The notes under the pieces: model-generated
The model's database searches: none
The model's input: only the letters and a program-made list of their open reading frames with translations
What the model was told of the DNA's origin: nothing
NCBI GenBank assembly: GCA_041671325.1
Contig: JBAZBR010000001.1
Span: 25,771-89,770, forward strand
DNA length: 64,000 bases
Source: Patescibacteria group bacterium
Lineage (GTDB): Bacteria; Patescibacteriota; Patescibacteriia; PEXW01
Direction of reading: 5' to 3'
In this document: one piece after another, positions 8,427 to 16,412 of the stretch
Layout: each line of letters starts with the position of its first letter
How positions within the stretch are numbered: the first letter of the stretch is position 1
Program-made: the position numbers and the translations under genes

Positions 8427-8600
8427 CTATCTACGGAATTCGCACCACCATTTATGGTGCTGTCCTTGGTATCGTCCGCAATGTGAGCATTTAAAAGACT
8501 GTACATGCCCAAACCGACCAACACATTCTTCTTTGTTTCTTGCTTTACACCAGTATTTGTGTGGCTGTCCTTCAGGCTGTTTGCATACTGGACAACTCAT
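8427..8600 (-). CDS. 57-aa Cys-rich micro-protein with tandem C-x2-C-x7-9-H-K-x-W-C motifs (putative zinc ribbon); absent from ORF track
   Basis: Translation MSCPVCKQPEGQPHKYWCKARNKEECVGRFGHVQSFKCSHCGRYQGQHHKWWCEFRR; RBS GGAGAAAAAACAA before ATG; terminator directly downstream. Confidence 0.5.
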   Translation of the reverse strand: MSCPVCKQPEGQPHKYWCKARNKEECVGRFGHVQSFKCSHCGRYQGQHHKWWCEFRR

Positions 8601-8688
8601 TTGTTTTTTCTCCTGCGAATCCGCACTTAAATTGTTGTGGAATCAGACAATGTGTTAAAGAATCCCTTCAGTAGTCAAGTCAAGCTTT

Positions 8689-8898
8689 TTAAGCAGGTTC
8701 AATGGTTAGGGAAGATTCGCCGACTGAATGCAGGCCGGGGATTTTTTGGGTTAAATAGTGCTGGGTGTTGATCCATTCATGGGATATTTCCAACACATCG
8801 CCCTCGCTCTTTTCCTCTTCCCATTCCAGGACTACCCGGTCAATAAAATGGCCATTTAAAAACAGGTCGTCCATGATAAGCGTGAACTTAACCGTCAT
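8689..8898 (-). CDS. 69-aa protein, member 1 of a two-copy family in this window
   Basis: Paralog of 35418..35627 (shared M..FTL.M.D...NG..I...WEE...E..LE.S...GL..V..SSL..E). Confidence 0.55.
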   Translation of the reverse strand: MTVKFTLIMDDLFLNGHFIDRVVLEWEEEKSEGDVLEISHEWINTQHYLTQKIPGLHSVGESSLTIEPA

Positions 8899-9059
8899 TT
8901 TTTGCCCTTTCTGTCATGACAGTTTGGGCATCCTATGCACAGTGTTTCCAGCAAATTCCCATTGTTGAAAATTTTAGGAACGTTTTTGTTCCGCCAACTT
9001 TAACATTACTTTTTTAATATGTCAAAAAGCCCTTAGGTATCCTAAGAGCTTTTTAAACA

Positions 9060-9371
9060 TCAATTTTCATGGAGGATTATTCGTTTGGTTTGTGGCAAAA
9101 CCCAGAACAATAATCCAATTGTTCCGCCAATGGCGATGAAGATCCGAGCGTCAATCAGGTTAATTACTGGCCCGATTAAATACTGGATGAAAGCGCCGAA
9201 GGCAAAACCGACAATACCCCAAAAAATGAAGTAGAATTTCTGGGTGTATATCAAACCCAAACCAAGTGATGTCATTCCAATACCCAGAATCCACATTGCC
9301 CAAGGGTTTAAAAATCTTAATAGACAGGCGGCAATTATGCCAATAGCAATATAAAGCAGAAGCTTGGACAT
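9060..9371 (-). CDS. small membrane protein (103 aa, 3-4 TM)
   Basis: RBS GGAGGAGA before ATG. Confidence 0.6.
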   Translation of the reverse strand: MSKLLLYIAIGIIAACLLRFLNPWAMWILGIGMTSLGLGLIYTQKFYFIFWGIVGFAFGAFIQYLIGPVINLIDARIFIAIGGTIGLLFWVLPQTKRIILHEN

Positions 9372-9612
9372 TTCTCCTCCTCGTGATTGTATTTATTTGT
9401 CAATAAAACCACCTTAATTTAATGTAAACAGCCTGTCAAATAATAAACCCGCAGGCCTGGCAGCGAGCGGGTTTGACGATAAAGAAAGCTTGGAATGCTT
9501 TTATGAGCGTGTGCTTTTCCTGTTGCCAGCGGTGCATTCCGTGTGCTTTCTTGAGCCGAAGATAGCACTGACCGCTTTTATATTGGCATTATAGGGTTTT
9601 TCTCAGGTTTGG

Positions 9613-9720
9613 TCAAAAAAATGCCTGCTCGAGAGTTCGAGCAGGCGGTAAAGAGCTGGACTTTGCTACCAGTAGCAAACTAATAGCAAGTCCTTGGCGC
9701 GGGTAAAGAAACTTCAGCAT
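9613..9720 (-). other. Candidate leaderless small transcript: 35-aa ORF (MLKFLYPRQGLAISLLLVAKSSSLPPARTLEQAFF) or sRNA
   Basis: Extended -10 TGCTATAAT (plus 9732-9740, minus strand) 11 nt upstream of ATG; strong terminator hairpin 9622-9645 plus T7 tract. Confidence 0.3.
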
Positions 9721-9754
9721 GTTCCCAAATTATTATAGCAATATTCAATTTTTT

Positions 9755-9781
9755 TGAAAAATCGACCAGTCGGTTTATAAT
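9755..9781 (+). promoter_or_regulatory. Near-consensus promoter TTGAAA-17-TATAAT; predicted start site coincides with the cobO ATG (leaderless)
   Basis: tttTTGAAAaatcgaccagtcggtttTATAATaatctggtATG. Confidence 0.5.
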
Positions 9782-9789
9782 AATCTGGT

Positions 9790-10365
9790 ATGAGACTGTT
9801 AAAAATTCCAAAATTAAAGCAATTTCCAAGGGGTTTGAATATCTACTATTTTGGCAAAGGCAAAGGCAAGACTACGGCAGCCATCGGTCTGGCAACCAGG
9901 GCGGTTGGGTATAATCTAAAGGTTTTATTTTTCCAGTTTTTCAAAAGTCCCAAATGGCCTTCAGGTGAAAGGCTGGCTTTGGAAAAATTAGGCGTGAAAG
10001 TGGAAATCCATGGGTCTGGTTTTGTGGGCATTTGGGGGGACAAGAAAGCTTTTATTGAACATAAAAAATCCGCAGAGCAGGCTTTTAGCTTGGCGAAAAG
10101 ATTATTGCTGTCCGGAAAATACCAAGTGGTGATTTTTGATGAAATTATTTCCTGCTTGGAAGTTGGATTATTGAAAGAAAAACAAATTGTGGATTTAATA
10201 AAGCAAAAGACCGCATCGCTTAAAATCAAAAACTCGCATTTAATCATGACTGGCCATCAAAAATATCCGAGTTTAGCAAAGTATTGTGATTTGATTACGG
10301 AAATGAAAATGGTCAAGCATCCTTTTTATAAAGGCTATCTGGCTGTCAGGGGAATCGATTATTAA
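9790..10365 (+). CDS. cobO: Cob(I)alamin adenosyltransferase (CobA/CobO/BtuR family)
   Basis: P-loop YYFGKGKGKTTAAIGLATRA and conserved FDEI motif. Confidence 0.8.
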   Translation: MRLLKIPKLKQFPRGLNIYYFGKGKGKTTAAIGLATRAVGYNLKVLFFQFFKSPKWPSGERLALEKLGVKVEIHGSGFVGIWGDKKAFIEHKKSAEQAFSLAKRLLLSGKYQVVIFDEIISCLEVGLLKEKQIVDLIKQKTASLKIKNSHLIMTGHQKYPSLAKYCDLITEMKMVKHPFYKGYLAVRGIDY

Positions 10366-10400
10366 AAAAGATCGTGATGGAAACCCTGGTGGAGTTTTTA

Positions 10401-10487
10401 ACCCCTCCCAAACCCTCCCCTTAGTAAGGGGAGGAGTTTCAGCACCAGCCCTCCCCTCCTTACTAAGGAGGGGGTTAGGGGGAGGTT
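10401..10487. repeat. 88-bp twin-hairpin G/C-tract repeat, copy 2
   Basis: About 90% identical to 2791-2878; followed by partial TIR motif AATGACAGA at 10498-10506. Confidence 0.8.
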
Positions 10488-10593
10488 AAAGATTTAGAAT
10501 GACAGAAAAGAAAAAGCGCTCCGACGATACGTCGGGGCGCTTTAAAGTGCAATTTTGGTTATAACGTGCTTAACCTATGGGACTAATGGCTTT

Positions 10594-10992
10594 CTAACTG
10601 ACTTCTCTTGCAAGGAAAATATTCAGATCGAAATCATAAATAACTCCGAATTTTTCCTTGCTGTCAGAGTTCTTAGTGCAGTCATTCATTTTGACCCTAC
10701 ATTCCCAATGAATGATTTTTAAGCCCGCTTCAACCCGGGTGTGAATACCCTGGATCATGACCATAGGATTAAGGAAAGCAGTTATGCCGTTCTTTTTATT
10801 CTTCTTATTATCCGGAATTAATCCGAGTGCTGAGATCCTGCCTTGAAAATAATTTGGATCGTATTCCTCCGCCCGACCCGCCATACTAATAAAATAACCC
10901 TTTTTAAGAACCAGTTCAAAGGCTTTGATAAAGTCGTCAGTCTTCTTAAAAAAGTCAGCATCAGTTTCAGTCTTTTTAGTTCTTGGTTTACC
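10594..10992 (-). CDS. hypothetical Lys-rich protein (about 132 aa)
   Basis: ORF with AAGGAG before a probable GTG start; no family recognised. Confidence 0.4.
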   Translation of the reverse strand, partial: GKPRTKKTETDADFFKKTDDFIKAFELVLKKGYFISMAGRAEEYDPNYFQGRISALGLIPDNKKNKKNGITAFLNPMVMIQGIHTRVEAGLKIIHWECRVKMNDCTKNSDSKEKFGVIYDFDLNIFLAREVS

Positions 10993-11198
10993 CACCCACA
11001 ACTCCTTTCATTCTTTTCATTTTATCAAGTAGCATTTTTTAAGATTATCGAATAATTCTATGCCAGAAGACGATTTTTTGTCAATCCATTGTGCTATTAA
11101 CCGTGCGCCTTTAAGCAAGTTTAGTTATGTCCTATAGAAAAAGCGCCGTTCGAGTGAGCGGCGCCAAATGTCGTCAGAAGAAAGAGTTTTGATAGTTA

Positions 11199-11348
11199 TC
11201 AGTTGAACACAAAACGGTAGCGATAAGAGCCAGTTAGCCACTGCTTGCCACGATCAAGATCCGTGCGAATCTCGTAGTCTACGAAGTAGCTTCCGAATGG
11301 AAGTGTGGCCATTGGCGTACTTGAAGTTAACCAAGACGTAATTGACAC
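11199..11348 (-). CDS. candidate 49-aa micro-protein (GTG start)
   Basis: GGAGG 5 nt before GTG; terminator GCGCCGTTCGAGTGAGCGGCGC plus T-tract right after the stop; GC higher than surroundings. Confidence 0.3.
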   Translation of the reverse strand: MSITSWLTSSTPMATLPFGSYFVDYEIRTDLDRGKQWLTGSYRYRFVFN

Positions 11349-11444
11349 TACAACCTCCTTCTTAAAATATCCAAAAACACTAAAAAGTTACATTAAAAGA
11401 TAGCATATTTGTTGGGTTTGTCAAGGTGTGCTATCTTTCTAGTA

Positions 11445-11640
11445 CTTAACAATTTAAACAGGCAAGCCGGTGTGAACCCGGCACGGTCCCGCCACGGTAT
11501 TCCCGCTACTTTCGGTAGCGAGGACAGTCCGACGCCTTTCTGCCTCTTTGGCGGAAAAAGTCAAATCCTTCGGGAAAAGGTCGAACAGGTTGGGAAAAAA
11601 CCTGCGACTGTCCTGATGTCGCAGGCGTTTTTTATTTCTT
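11445..11640 (+). promoter_or_regulatory. Cobalamin (AdoCbl) riboswitch with terminator expression platform
   Basis: Core GGTGTGAACCCGGCACGGTCCCGCCACGGT; B12-box-like GACAGTCCGACGCC; GACAGTC (11523-11529) complementary to terminator arm GACTGTC (11606-11612); hairpin CCTGCGAC/GTCGCAGG plus T6. Confidence 0.75.
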
Positions 11641-11654
11641 TTTTAATTACATTT

Positions 11655-12041
11655 ATGAAAAAAAATTATAAATTATTCAGCCTGTTAATAGTTTCCGCGT
11701 TTTTAGTCTTAACCGGTTGCACAAAAACCACCAATACTAACACAAATTCAGCTAATATTAATGTTAATGCAACCACAAATCAAAACACCAATACTGATAC
11801 GGTTTATATGTATAAAGGTAATGACGGTAAAACCGCCATTGAATTACTTAAGACTAAGTTTACGGGCGTAACAACTACCAAATCAGGCAGTGACGAATTC
11901 GTGAATGGCATTAATAACCAAGTGGCAGGCGCAAAGCAGTACTGGGGATTTTATGTGAATGATAAAGCGGCTACAGTCGGGGCAAGCGATTATATCACCA
12001 AATCTACGGATACCATTGAATGGAGGTTAATATCTTACTAA
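11655..12041 (+). CDS. DUF4430-like lipoprotein (lipobox LTGC); candidate cobalamin-binding protein
   Basis: Signal peptide MKKNYKLFSLLIVSAFLVLTGC; directly downstream of the cobalamin riboswitch. Confidence 0.55.
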   Translation: MKKNYKLFSLLIVSAFLVLTGCTKTTNTNTNSANINVNATTNQNTNTDTVYMYKGNDGKTAIELLKTKFTGVTTTKSGSDEFVNGINNQVAGAKQYWGFYVNDKAATVGASDYITKSTDTIEWRLISY

Positions 12042-12046
12042 AAAAT

Positions 12047-12589
12047 ATGGGAATGAAAAAAGTGTTGACTTTAAAAAACCTCATTGCTGTTTTATTAGTT
12101 GCCTTTGCCGTGGTGGCCAGGTTCTTGCCCCATCCGGCAAACTTTGTGCCTATTGCGGCTGTGGCCTTGTTCAGCGGGGTTTATTTGGGTAAAAAAACCT
12201 CAATTGCCGTGCCTTTAATTGTCATGATTGCTTCGGATATTTTTTTGGGGCTCCATAATTTGATTTTTTTCACCTGGGGCTGCATGATCTTGGCAGGCCT
12301 GATCGGTTGGTGGGTCAAGGACCACAAAAACTGGAAAACTGTTGTTGGCGCTTCCTTGGCAAGTTCAATTATTTTTTTCTTAGTGACCAATGCCGCGGTT
12401 TGGGTGGTGAATATGGGGGATTTTTATGCCCGAAATTTTTCTGGCTTAATCATGTCGTATACATACGCCTTGCCTTTTTTCCGAAATACGGTTTTGGGTG
12501 ATTTGTTTTATACCACCGCGCTCTTTGGCGTCATGGAATTGGCTCTTGCTTGGCAGAAACATCGTCAGTTAATCAGGGCTCAAGCCTGA
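12047..12589 (+). CDS. ECF-transporter S-component-like 6-TM membrane protein (candidate B12-specific, CbrT-like)
   Basis: About 180 aa, 6 hydrophobic helices, operonic with the DUF4430 gene; start uncertain (12020, 12047 or 12053). Confidence 0.45.
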   Translation: MGMKKVLTLKNLIAVLLVAFAVVARFLPHPANFVPIAAVALFSGVYLGKKTSIAVPLIVMIASDIFLGLHNLIFFTWGCMILAGLIGWWVKDHKNWKTVVGASLASSIIFFLVTNAAVWVVNMGDFYARNFSGLIMSYTYALPFFRNTVLGDLFYTTALFGVMELALAWQKHRQLIRAQA

Positions 12590-12625
12590 TTGCGTAATAA
12601 GTGTTTAAGCGGTAAAATAGCGGCC

Positions 12626-13558
12626 ATGCGCAACTATTATCGATACACGCCAGCCAGTAGGGGGTCTTTTGGCCGGGGAACTGGTCAAAATACAGGCAGA
12701 AATCGCTTAACCATTGGGATTGTCCTAATAGTCGTGGTTTTGCTGTTTGTGGCTTATTTAAAGACTGGTAAAAAGGTAGACAATACCAATTCCGAGATTG
12801 CCAACCTTAACATTCCAGCGGGCAATCTTTCGATCAAAGCGGCCAGTTTAACTACTGCTGATTGCGACGGGGTAATCAGCGTGGCCGATACTTCGGAAAA
12901 AGTCGTAACTTTGACTTATGATGTGGGGACCTTGCCAGGTGATTTGGAAAAAACCATTACCGCCGCTAAGGCCGCCAATGTGCCCACGGCTTTTTTCGTG
13001 ACTGGAAAAATTATCGAAACCAACAAACCGCTGATCGAAAGCATTCATGCGGCCAGCATCCCAATTTACAACCACAGTTACGATAATTTGCGTTTTACCA
13101 CGCTTGAAGATAGGGAAATCGAAGCCCAATTGCAAGGCACGGATGATTTGATCAAGACAGTCACTAATGTTTCTTCCAAGCCTTATGCCCGATTGCCTTT
13201 TGGCGTTAGTTCAGAACATGTTGTTGAAATAATGCGCCAAGCCGGATATTGCCCCTTAACCTGGACGGTTGATGGCCTGGATATTTCCTCAACAGCCACT
13301 TTGGATTCGGTCAGTAATAGAATTGATACCTATATCAAACCCGGTGGAATCATTTTATTGCACGCGGCCAGTGACTTGGCTGCTACTGCTACCCCGCGGA
13401 TTATTTCGGAGTTACAGGCAAAAGGCTACCGTTTTGTTTCTTTGGACGAACTTTTCCGGATTGCCAAGCCAGTGAATTCAAATGCCAATACTTCGCAAAA
13501 CCAAAATTCAAATTTGAACCAGACCCAAGCTGAGGATAGCCAAGTAAAACCTGCTTAA
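12626..13558 (+). CDS. membrane-anchored polysaccharide deacetylase (NodB-fold) with degenerate metal-binding motifs
   Basis: NodB-like motifs TYDVG, HSYDN, RLPF, IILLHA; N-terminal TM; start uncertain (TTG 12590 or ATG 12626). Confidence 0.6.
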   Translation: MRNYYRYTPASRGSFGRGTGQNTGRNRLTIGIVLIVVVLLFVAYLKTGKKVDNTNSEIANLNIPAGNLSIKAASLTTADCDGVISVADTSEKVVTLTYDVGTLPGDLEKTITAAKAANVPTAFFVTGKIIETNKPLIESIHAASIPIYNHSYDNLRFTTLEDREIEAQLQGTDDLIKTVTNVSSKPYARLPFGVSSEHVVEIMRQAGYCPLTWTVDGLDISSTATLDSVSNRIDTYIKPGGIILLHAASDLAATATPRIISELQAKGYRFVSLDELFRIAKPVNSNANTSQNQNSNLNQTQAEDSQVKPA

Positions 13559-13640
13559 AGCAAGTTTTCAGGTAAGTATGATATAATTGTGGGCGAAATT
13601 TTTAATCCCAAAAATTGTATATAATAATTGCTAAATTACT

Positions 13641-14870
13641 ATGGAAAATTTACCCCCATCTCCTTTAAAGCCAATTAATCCAAAAACCCCCAAACCGATA
13701 ACTGTCCAGACTTTGGTTGTGGCCGTGGTTTTAAGCCTTGTTTTAGGCACGGTCGGCGGGTCTTTGGGCGGCTTGGCGGTTTCTGGAAATCTTGGCAATT
13801 GGTTTGGTAAAAGCAGCTCAACTGCCAGTGCTAATACCAGCTCGACCTTGAGCGTGCAGGAAGAATCCCAAACCACGGACGTGGTTAAAAGGGTCCAACC
13901 TTCAGTGGTGAGTATTATTATCAGCAAAGATTTGAGCAAGATTTATAGCCAAAGCGGGCCGTTTAATTTCTTTTTTGGGACTCAAGGCAATCCAACTGCC
14001 CCAGGCTTGCAACAAGTTGGCGGTGGTTCAGGTTTTATTCTGACTGCCGACGGTTACATCATGACCAATAAACACGTGGTCAGCGATACGCAAGCTGAAT
14101 ATTCGGTGGTTACCAATGACGGCAAAACTTACACGGCAAAGTTAGTGGCGACTGATCCGGTTAATGATTTAGCGGTGGTGAAAATCGAAGCCAAAGATCT
14201 GACGCCAGTAGTTTTTGGCGATTCTAGTACTTTGACAGTTGGTCAAACTGTTATTGCCATCGGTAATGCCTTAGGTCAGTACCAAAACACCGTGACTAAA
14301 GGTATTGTTTCGGGCTTAGCCAGGGATGTGACTGCCGGTGATGGCAGTTCTAGTGAAACTTTGACCAACGTCATCCAGACTGATGCGGCTATCAATTCGG
14401 GTAATTCTGGCGGACCCTTGGTAAATTTGGAAGGTCAAGTGATTGGCGTGAACACGGCGGTCAGCCAAGAAGGCCAATTAATTGGTTTTGCGATTCCCGG
14501 TAACCAAGCCAAACAAGTTTTTGATAGCGTGCAAAAGACCGGTAAAATTGTCCGGCCATTCTTAGGCGTCCGCTATGTGGAAATTACCAAGGCTATTCAA
14601 GCCCAAGAAAAATTAAGCGTCGATTATGGCGTTTTGATTCAAAGTGGTAATAGTGCAAATGAACCAGCTATTGTTTCTGGCAGTCCGGCGGAAAAAGCGG
14701 GTTTGAAAGAGAATGATATTGTCCTGGAAATTAATGGAGTCAAATTAGATTCAACCCATGGCCTGGCAACCGAAATCCAGAAGTACGCGCCAGGTAATGA
14801 AATAAGTTTAAAAGTCTTAAGTGGCGGCAAGGAAAAAACTATTAAAGTCACTCTCCAAGAATTTAAGTAA
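13641..14870 (+). CDS. HtrA/DegP-family serine protease with C-terminal PDZ domain
   Basis: Catalytic His (TNKHVV), Asp (NDLAVV), Ser (GNSGGPLV); N-terminal TM anchor. Confidence 0.85.
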   Translation: MENLPPSPLKPINPKTPKPITVQTLVVAVVLSLVLGTVGGSLGGLAVSGNLGNWFGKSSSTASANTSSTLSVQEESQTTDVVKRVQPSVVSIIISKDLSKIYSQSGPFNFFFGTQGNPTAPGLQQVGGGSGFILTADGYIMTNKHVVSDTQAEYSVVTNDGKTYTAKLVATDPVNDLAVVKIEAKDLTPVVFGDSSTLTVGQTVIAIGNALGQYQNTVTKGIVSGLARDVTAGDGSSSETLTNVIQTDAAINSGNSGGPLVNLEGQVIGVNTAVSQEGQLIGFAIPGNQAKQVFDSVQKTGKIVRPFLGVRYVEITKAIQAQEKLSVDYGVLIQSGNSANEPAIVSGSPAEKAGLKENDIVLEINGVKLDSTHGLATEIQKYAPGNEISLKVLSGGKEKTIKVTLQEFK

Positions 14871-14898
14871 AAAAAACCCCGGAATTCCTTCCGGGGCT
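14868..14898. terminator. CCCCGGAA-ttcct-TCCGGGG hairpin preceded by A7
   Basis: Terminator for glnA (minus); possibly bidirectional. Confidence 0.6.
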
Positions 14899-14904
14899 AT
14901 GAGT

Positions 14905-16221
14905 TTAATATCGGGACATAAGGTGATTGATTTCCCAAGTGGAGATATGAGTTCTGTAATCCTCCCATTCAACGTTTTTGTTGTTTAAAAGCGCTTTAAA
15001 AATGTGTAAACCTAGAGCATGTCTGAGAAAGGTGCTTTTTTGAGCAATCTGAATGGCTTCTTTCAAGGAGCCGGGGAGCATTTTGATGTGGTTCTTTTGG
15101 TGATCACCCAAAGACATTTCAAAAACATTTTCCTCAATAGGCCGGCCGGGGCGGATTTTTTGGGCAATACCATCCAAACCCGCGGCTAACATTGTCGCAA
15201 AGGCTAAGTAAGGGTTGCAAGTAGGATCTGGTGAACGCAGCTCTACACGAGTGGCTTTTTCTTTTCCCAAGCGGTATCCGGGAATCCGGATTAAGGAAGA
15301 ACGGTTACGGCTACCGTATGAGATGTAACACGGCGCTTCATAACCGGGCAAAATGCGCTTGTAAGAATTCACCAATTGGTTAGTGACCACGCAGAATTCC
15401 TGGGCATGCCGCATTAAGCCGCCAATGAAATACTTGGCAACCCTGGACAGGTTAAAACTTCCAGTCGGGTTGAAAAATGCATTTCGGTCTCCAGTAAAAA
15501 GCGACATGTGGGTATGCATGCCAGAGCCGTTTTCGCCAAAAATCGGCTTGGGAAAAAAGGTGATGTACAGACCATGCTTTTTCGCTACCTTTTTTGCCAC
15601 CCAACGGATAAGCATGACTTGGTCAGCCATGGTCAGCGCTTCCTGGTATTTAACGTCGATTTCGAATTGGCTGGGCGCCACTTCATGGTGGGAGCATTCG
15701 CCGCGGATGCCGATTTTTTTCAAAACATCGACGATTTCTTCTGCCAGGTTGCCAGCCGAGTCAAAATAACCTTGATGGTCCAGCGGAATGGGAGTATTTT
15801 CGTCTTTAAAAACGAAAAATTCGATTTCCGGACCGACATAAAAAGTGTAACCCAGGCGTTTGGCTTTTTTGAGTATTCTTTTCAAACATTGGCGCGGATC
15901 GCCCGGAAAGGGCTGGCCATTGGGCTTGCGGATGTCACAAAAGAATATTCCCACCGGCTGGTTAATGCCCGAGATTTCCGCGGGTAGAACCCGAAAGGAT
16001 TTCAGCCTGGGAATTGCCATCAAATCTGATTCTTCCAATCGGACAAAGCCTTGGATGGACGAGCCGTCAAAGCCTTGGCCAAGCTCTAAGACCTCGTAAA
16101 TTTCGTCGGAGGTAATGCTCATTTCCTTAAGACCGCCCAAAATATCCGTAAAGAGTAGACGGAAATGGGTAATTCCTGCCATTTTGCCTTTCAGCCACAA
16201 GGGCAAGACGTTGCTTTTCAT
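14905..16221 (-). CDS. glnA: Glutamine synthetase type I
   Basis: Aligns along its length with B. subtilis GlnA (FTDILG..., SHHEVAPSQFEID, NPYLA); RBS AAGGAGAATAAAC. Confidence 0.9.
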   Translation of the reverse strand: MKSNVLPLWLKGKMAGITHFRLLFTDILGGLKEMSITSDEIYEVLELGQGFDGSSIQGFVRLEESDLMAIPRLKSFRVLPAEISGINQPVGIFFCDIRKPNGQPFPGDPRQCLKRILKKAKRLGYTFYVGPEIEFFVFKDENTPIPLDHQGYFDSAGNLAEEIVDVLKKIGIRGECSHHEVAPSQFEIDVKYQEALTMADQVMLIRWVAKKVAKKHGLYITFFPKPIFGENGSGMHTHMSLFTGDRNAFFNPTGSFNLSRVAKYFIGGLMRHAQEFCVVTNQLVNSYKRILPGYEAPCYISYGSRNRSSLIRIPGYRLGKEKATRVELRSPDPTCNPYLAFATMLAAGLDGIAQKIRPGRPIEENVFEMSLGDHQKNHIKMLPGSLKEAIQIAQKSTFLRHALGLHIFKALLNNKNVEWEDYRTHISTWEINHLMSRY

Positions 16222-16412
16222 GTTTATTCTCCTTCCGGACTTGGTTTATTTAACTGTTGGTTTTTAAATTTTCAAAAATACAATTTGACTTTTCGCCCTC
16301 CGAAAAGTTTGGTTTTGTTTGCCAGTTACTGAGTTTTGATGGGAATAGTGTACCAAACTGTTATTGGGGGTCAAGTTTGCTTTTTTTAAAGAAAATCAGT
16401 TAATATTCAGGC

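Noticed and set aside
9372-9789. RNase P, SRP or 6S RNA in the 420-nt gene-free gap
   Set aside because: Searched by eye for the P4 helix GGAAAGUCCGG / ACAGAACCCGGCUUA and SRP domain-IV motifs and found none. Only promoter and terminator features and a small leaderless ORF are present.
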